64,000 nt of DNA, from assembly GCA_965226885.1 (NCBI GenBank), contig CBDDEL010000014.1:96001-160000 (forward strand), given 5' to 3'. Every line of letters starts with the position of its first letter. Positions within the stretch are counted from its first letter, which is position 1. A program made the position numbers and the translations under genes. A model generated the notes under the pieces. That model saw only the letters and a program-made list of their open reading frames with translations, ran no database searches and was not told where the DNA came from. Positions 59,013 through 64,000 of this stretch are shown here, one piece after another. The DNA is from Opitutales bacterium (GTDB taxonomy: Bacteria > Verrucomicrobiota > Verrucomicrobiia > Opitutales > UBA2987).

Positions 59013-59758
59013 CCCGGATATTTCATGAAGGGTAAAGTTTGGCTCGTTATTGCTATTGGAGATGGATTTCTTTGTATTTTGAGCAGATCGTCTTGATTTT
59101 TAGGTGTTTTTCAGGGTGTAGAGACACTGCCCCCTTTCCCCCATTGGTTCGGTAGTGCCGGGGGCAGCACCAATGCACCCTTTAGGTTGGCACCAATCGG
59201 CGGGCCGCATGGTTGAAAAGACTGGCCCAAGGATAACTCTCACTTAGGTGAAAGTGAATCGTTCGGGTGTTGCGCACGATGACCGCTCCGATCTTGATTA
59301 ATTTGAGCCGCAGGGTGTGGCATTGGGCCCGCGCCCACTTCGTCCCTTTTAAGGCTAACCGGCGCATGGCTTCCATCAAGGTGTAGGCCAGCGCCGACAA
59401 GAGCAATCGCCACTGATTGGCCCACCATTGATGGGCGCTGGTGCGCTCGCTGAACAATTGCATCTGTTCCTTGATTCGGTTCTCCATTTCACCGCGGCCA
59501 CAGTATACCTTGTCGTAAAGCTCCTGGGGATCGCCCGGCAGGTTCGTCACCACGAAGCGCGGGTTGGACCCCTGTGCGGTGTGTTCGGCTTTATGGATGA
59601 CCAACCGCAGCCAGCGCCACGAATCGGCAGCATAGACGAAGTCCTGGAATAACCGTTGTTTTTTACCCCTTAGTTCGAACCATTCTTTGGCCTGCTTTTG
59701 CAACTGCTGGGCGTCTTGCTGCAAGCGTGCATTGCGAGCCATCCCCACGATGTAACTA
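59013..59758 (-). mobile_element. IS1380-A 3' fragment
   Basis: Right IR after TTAG; cut at TAACTA by the ISNCY-like element. Confidence 0.92.
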
Positions 59759-61396
59759 GAGGCTGTCCCAAAAATATAAAGAATATAAAGATTTTATAGT
59801 CAACTGGATGACGTTGATAAAAAGAGCCGGAAAGAGCAAGTTTTTGCTCGATCCGGCCAAAAAAGGGTTCTATAATTGAGTTAGCGAAAATCAATATAGC
59901 CCTTTCTATGTTCTATGAAAAATATAGCCATCCAATGCCTCCTGCGTCCAGCTTTAACTGTGGTCGACCGGTGCCTCGATTACGATAACTTCCGCGCCAC
60001 CATTGATCGAATCGATCGGCTGCTGATCGACTCGGAGGTGGAATCGCAGGCCATTGAGCTGGCCTTGGAGGGGTGGCCGCCAATGGGTCTAAAGGCCCGG
60101 CGGCAGCGGGCCAGTTTTGCCATCAAGGCACTGCGCATGGATACGCTGGGCCGTCTGCTCGGAGGGATTTCGTTTCGGCATTTATCGCGGGCTCTGGGCA
60201 GCAGCGATCTGTTGGCCGACTTTTGCCGTGTCCGGCAGATCGATGGCATCAGGGGCATCTCCAAAAGCACCCTGGAGCGGGCCTCGAAGTTTTTCAGCGA
60301 AGAGCAGTTGAGGGCCTTGCACCGGACCTTGACTGAGGTGGTGGGCGATGCCCTTCTGGCCCGGCAGGTGGGATTGGACAAGCCGATTGACACCACCATT
60401 TGCCTGATCGACGGCACCTGTTTGGAGGCTAACATTCATTGGCCGACGGACTGGGTATTACTCAAGGATGTAGCCGGCACGTTGCTCAAAGCGATCCGGC
60501 TGATCCGCGAGAAGGCCGGTGTGCGCCATCGCATGCCGATCGAACCGGAGCCCTTGGCTCGGCAGATGAATCGGCTGTGCATACAGATGACCCACAGCCG
60601 GCGGCGAAAGGACAGCGCGCGGCAGCGCAAGGGTATCTTGAGGCAGATGAAAAAGCTGTTCAAACGGATCGGGGAGCATGCCCGCAGTCACCGGGAATTA
60701 TTGCAAGCCTGCTGGGAGCAAAGCGATTACAGCGAAAAACAGGTCCAACAGATCCTCGCCCGGATGGAGCGCATGAGCGAGCAAATCCCGGTGGTCATCA
60801 AACAGGCGCACGAGCGGATCATTGGCGGCCGCCAGGTGAAAAACGCAGAGAAAGTCTTGAGTGTTTACGAACTCGATGGGCAGGTGATTGTGCGAGGTAA
60901 AGCGGGCCAAGAGGTCGAGTTCGGCAACACCCTGTTTTTGGGAGAAAGCGTTGAAGGGTACCTGCTGGACTGGAAACTCTACGGCAGCCGAACTCCAAGC
61001 GAAAATGAACAAATGCTAGAGAGTTTGCAAAGACAGAACCGCTTCAACCTGGAAGAACCCATAGCGGCCATGTGCGCGGACCGGGGATTTGCCTCCCAGC
61101 GGGCCCGCCGGCAGTTAGCCCAGGAGGGAATCTACGACGCGCTCTGTCCACGCGATCCGAAGCAGTTGAAAAACCGGATGGAGGAACCACTGTTCAGACA
61201 ATTGCAAAAGCGCCGGGCCAGCACCGAAGGGCGGATCGGGGTATTGAAGAATCGCTGGCAGGCCGGGCGGTTGCGCAGCAAAGGCTTTGCCAACCGCTCG
61301 ATCAGCGTAGCCTGGTCGGTACTCTCGCACAACCTATGGAAAGTAGCCAAGATGCTGGCCCAGCAAGACGAACTAAAAACCAAAGCGGCGGCCTAG
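59759..61396 (+). mobile_element. IS5/ISNCY-like copy 4; transposase 59915..61396; right end displaced by IS1380-A
   Basis: Left IR; 9-bp and 7-bp duplications in leader; IS1380 at the stop-codon CTAG. Confidence 0.93.
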
Positions 61397-62962
61397 CCCG
61401 GATATTTCATGAAGGGTAAAGTTTGGCTCGTTATTGCTATTGGAGATGGATTTCTTTGTATTTTGAGCAGATCGTCTTGATTTTTAGGTGTTTTTCAGGG
61501 TGTAGAGACACTGCCCCCTTTCCCCCATTGGTTCGGTAGTGCCGGGGGCAGCACCAATGCACCCTTTAGGTTGGCACCAATCGGCGGGCCGCATGGTTGA
61601 AAAGACTGGCCCAAGGATAACTCTCACTTAGGTGAAAGTGAATCGTTCGGGTGTTGCGCACGATGACCGCTCCGATCTTGATTAATTTGAGCCGCAGGGT
61701 GTGGCATTGGGCCCGCGCCCACTTCGTCCCTTTTAAGGCTAACCGGCGCATGGCTTCCATCAAGGTGTAGGCCAGCGCCGACAAGAGCAATCGCCACTGA
61801 TTGGCCCACCATTGATGGGCGCTGGTGCGCTCGCTGAACAATTGCATCTGTTCCTTGATTCGGTTCTCCATTTCACCGCGGCCACAGTATACCTTGTCGT
61901 AAAGCTCCTGGGGATCGCCCGGCAGGTTCGTCACCACGAAGCGCGGGTTGGACCCCTGTGCGGTGTGTTCGGCTTTATGGATGACCAACCGCAGCCATCG
62001 CCACGAATCGGCAGCATAGACGAAGTCCTGGAATAACCGTTGTTTTTTACCCCTTAGTTCGAACCATTCTTTGGCCTGCTTTTGCAACTGCTGGGCGTCT
62101 TGCTGCAAGCGTGCATTGCGAGCCATCCCCACGATGTAACTAACTTCGTTGCGGTCGCACCAAGAGAGTATCCGGTCTCGACAAAATCCACTGTCGGCGC
62201 GCCAAATAATCCGCGTACGGGGCCAGCTTTGGCGAATCCGTTTAACCAGCAATTTGAGGATGGCCCCGGCATGCTTGCTGGCATCGATCTTGCTCGGCCG
62301 CAGGTAGGCCACCAGCAGCTGATCACCGCAAAAAACATATAGCGGCAGAAAACAGTAATGATCATAATAACCGTGGAAAAAACGTCCCTCCTGGAGCCCG
62401 TGCACCGGATTGTCGGTGGCGTCAAAGTCCAGGATGATCTCTTCGGGTTCCTCGGCAAAGGAGCCCATGAACTGTTCGACCAACAGCTCGCTTACCGCAA
62501 AGGCCGCCCGCCAATCCTGCCCGTTTTCAAAACGACACAAAGTCGGCGCGCTGGCCAACGTTTCAATGCGCCCCGTTACCGTTTGCAACAATGGATCTTG
62601 GCGCAGGGTATCAAAGTCGTTCAAATCCTCATAGCCCGCCACCAGCCCGTAAACGCGCTGCCGCAGCATCCCCAATACCTCATGGCGTACTTTGCCCTTC
62701 TGCCGTTTGTCCACTAACTGTCGGGCCGCTCGTTCGGTCAAGCCCAACTGCCGATCCACTTCCCGGATCAAAAGCAGTCCGGCATCCGAAGTAACCTCTC
62801 CGCCCTTGAAATCAACCCGCACACGGCGGCCTTTTACCCTTGTCAACTGTAGCTTTAATTGTTTACCTTTTGTCATCGCTGATATTGCTTTAATTATTGA
62901 TCTATCCTGCTGTATATCAGCAGTTAAGCATATCAACGATACTTTTTTACGAAATATCCGGG
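61397..62962 (-). mobile_element. IS1380-A complete; ORF 61566..62936
   Basis: CTAG on both sides. Confidence 0.95.
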
Positions 62963-62966
62963 CTAG

Positions 62967-63226
62967 CCCGGATATTTCATGAAGGGTAAAGTTTGGCTCG
63001 TTATTGCTATTGGAGATGGATTTCTTTGTATTTTGAGCAGATCGTCTTGATTTTTAGGTGTTTTTCAGGGTGTAGAGACACTGCCCCCTTTCCCCCATTG
63101 GTTCGGTAGTGCCGGGGGCAGCACCAATGCACCCTTTAGGTTGGCACCAATCGGCGGGCCGCATGGTTGAAAAGACTGGCCCAAGGATAACTCTCACTTA
63201 GGTGAAAGTGAATCGTTCGGGTGTTG
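62967..63226 (-). mobile_element. IS1380-A tandem copy, 3' fragment
   Basis: Right IR 4 bp after previous copy; cut by IS1-A. Confidence 0.92.
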
Positions 63227-63738
63227 GGTAGTGTATAAAAAAAGAATGTTATTCTGTATTTTTAGCTGTACAAATAGCGTTAGGCAGTTTATTCTTAGTG
63301 CATGGTTACTAAAATTATTAATTGTCGGCACTGTGGAAGTGAAAATATCATTAAATCTGGCAAGACGCCCAACCATAAACAGCGCTACCGCTGCCATGAT
63401 TGTGGTAAACAAAGCCGCGAAAACCCCACAGTGAAATACACCGAAGAGCAAAAAGAAATGATCCTTCGAGTCTATCAGGAACGCAGCAGTCTACGCGGTT
63501 TACAGCGCGCCTTCGGGGTGAGTCCCAACACCGTTTTGAGTTGGTTAAAAAAAACGACAATCGCTGCGACCGCTCAAAAGCACGATTCTTGCGGCCCGCC
63601 GCCATGATGTCATTGAACTGGACGAACTGTGGTCTTTTGTGGGGCGCAAGAGCGATGCCCAATGGGTTTGGATCGCTCTTTGCCGACGCACCCGTCAAAT
63701 CCTCTCCTATGCCATTGGGCCTCGGGATTGGTATCGTT
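63227..63738 (+). mobile_element. IS1-A 5' part
   Basis: Left IR and insA 63302..63607; interrupted by IS21. Confidence 0.92.
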
Positions 63739-64000
63739 TGTAAACGCCGGGATGAAACCGGTACGGGGGTCGGGGTAAAACCGGTACGCTTGGAATAAGG
63801 TTTAGGTTAGTAATTGCAGGTACGTCAAGGTTTAGGGTTTGGGAGTTGGTTTTGGGGATTGGCTTGGGGTCGGTGAGGAGGCCGGAGGCCGACGAGCCGG
63901 GCCCAAGGCGTTTATTGTTTTGGGCCACGGCGACGGCGTCGAGCATCGCGCAAGCGGTAGCTTTGCCCGTTGGCTTCGAGGATATGCACCCGATGGGTGA
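63739..64000 (-). mobile_element. istB: IS21 right end with istB 3' end (continues beyond window)
   Basis: Reverse complement of about 53098-53359. Confidence 0.93.

Noticed and set aside
61398..61419. Shared C-terminal peptide ARIFHEG on several ORFs as a tag system
   Set aside because: It is simply translation into the IS1380-A right IR
1..64000. CRISPR array, tRNA or rRNA genes
   Set aside because: No regularly spaced repeat-spacer units or recognisable RNA genes; the repeats are IS copies

Overview
Bacterial chromosomal window dominated by insertion sequences: about 40 of 64 kb by my hand-mapped boundaries. At least nine IS types are present. They are an IS1380 type with about 13 copies or fragments plus a diverged variant and a second IS1380 type; two IS1 types; three IS3 types; an IS21; a 493-aa IS5/ISNCY-like element in 4 copies; and an IS630 remnant. 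The elements are nested, arranged in tandem and often lack matching target duplications, which points to IS-mediated deletions and rearrangements. One IS-free block (about 15.5-25.2 kb) carries dnaE, rpsU and metabolic genes. Many accessory genes are broken: an octaheme HAO-family cytochrome c, a P450, a DUF3604-like hydrolase, a beta-propeller glycosidase, an IPTL-CTERM surface protein, an ankyrin protein and a restriction-endonuclease-like gene. The most notable signals are (1) strict YTAG targeting by the IS1380 element, with the asymmetric TTAG target always on the + strand whatever the element orientation; (2) a recurrent signature of 5-25 bp tandem duplications and microhomology deletions; (3) a candidate composite transposon bounded by two IS1 copies whose cargo is almost entirely IS debris; (4) a pseudoknot-capable 3' element in IS1380; and (5) an intact M14 carboxypeptidase homolog missing its catalytic residues. 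The overall pattern suggests early genome erosion, possibly in a host-associated PVC-type bacterium (inference). All coordinates were read by hand and no database searches were run.
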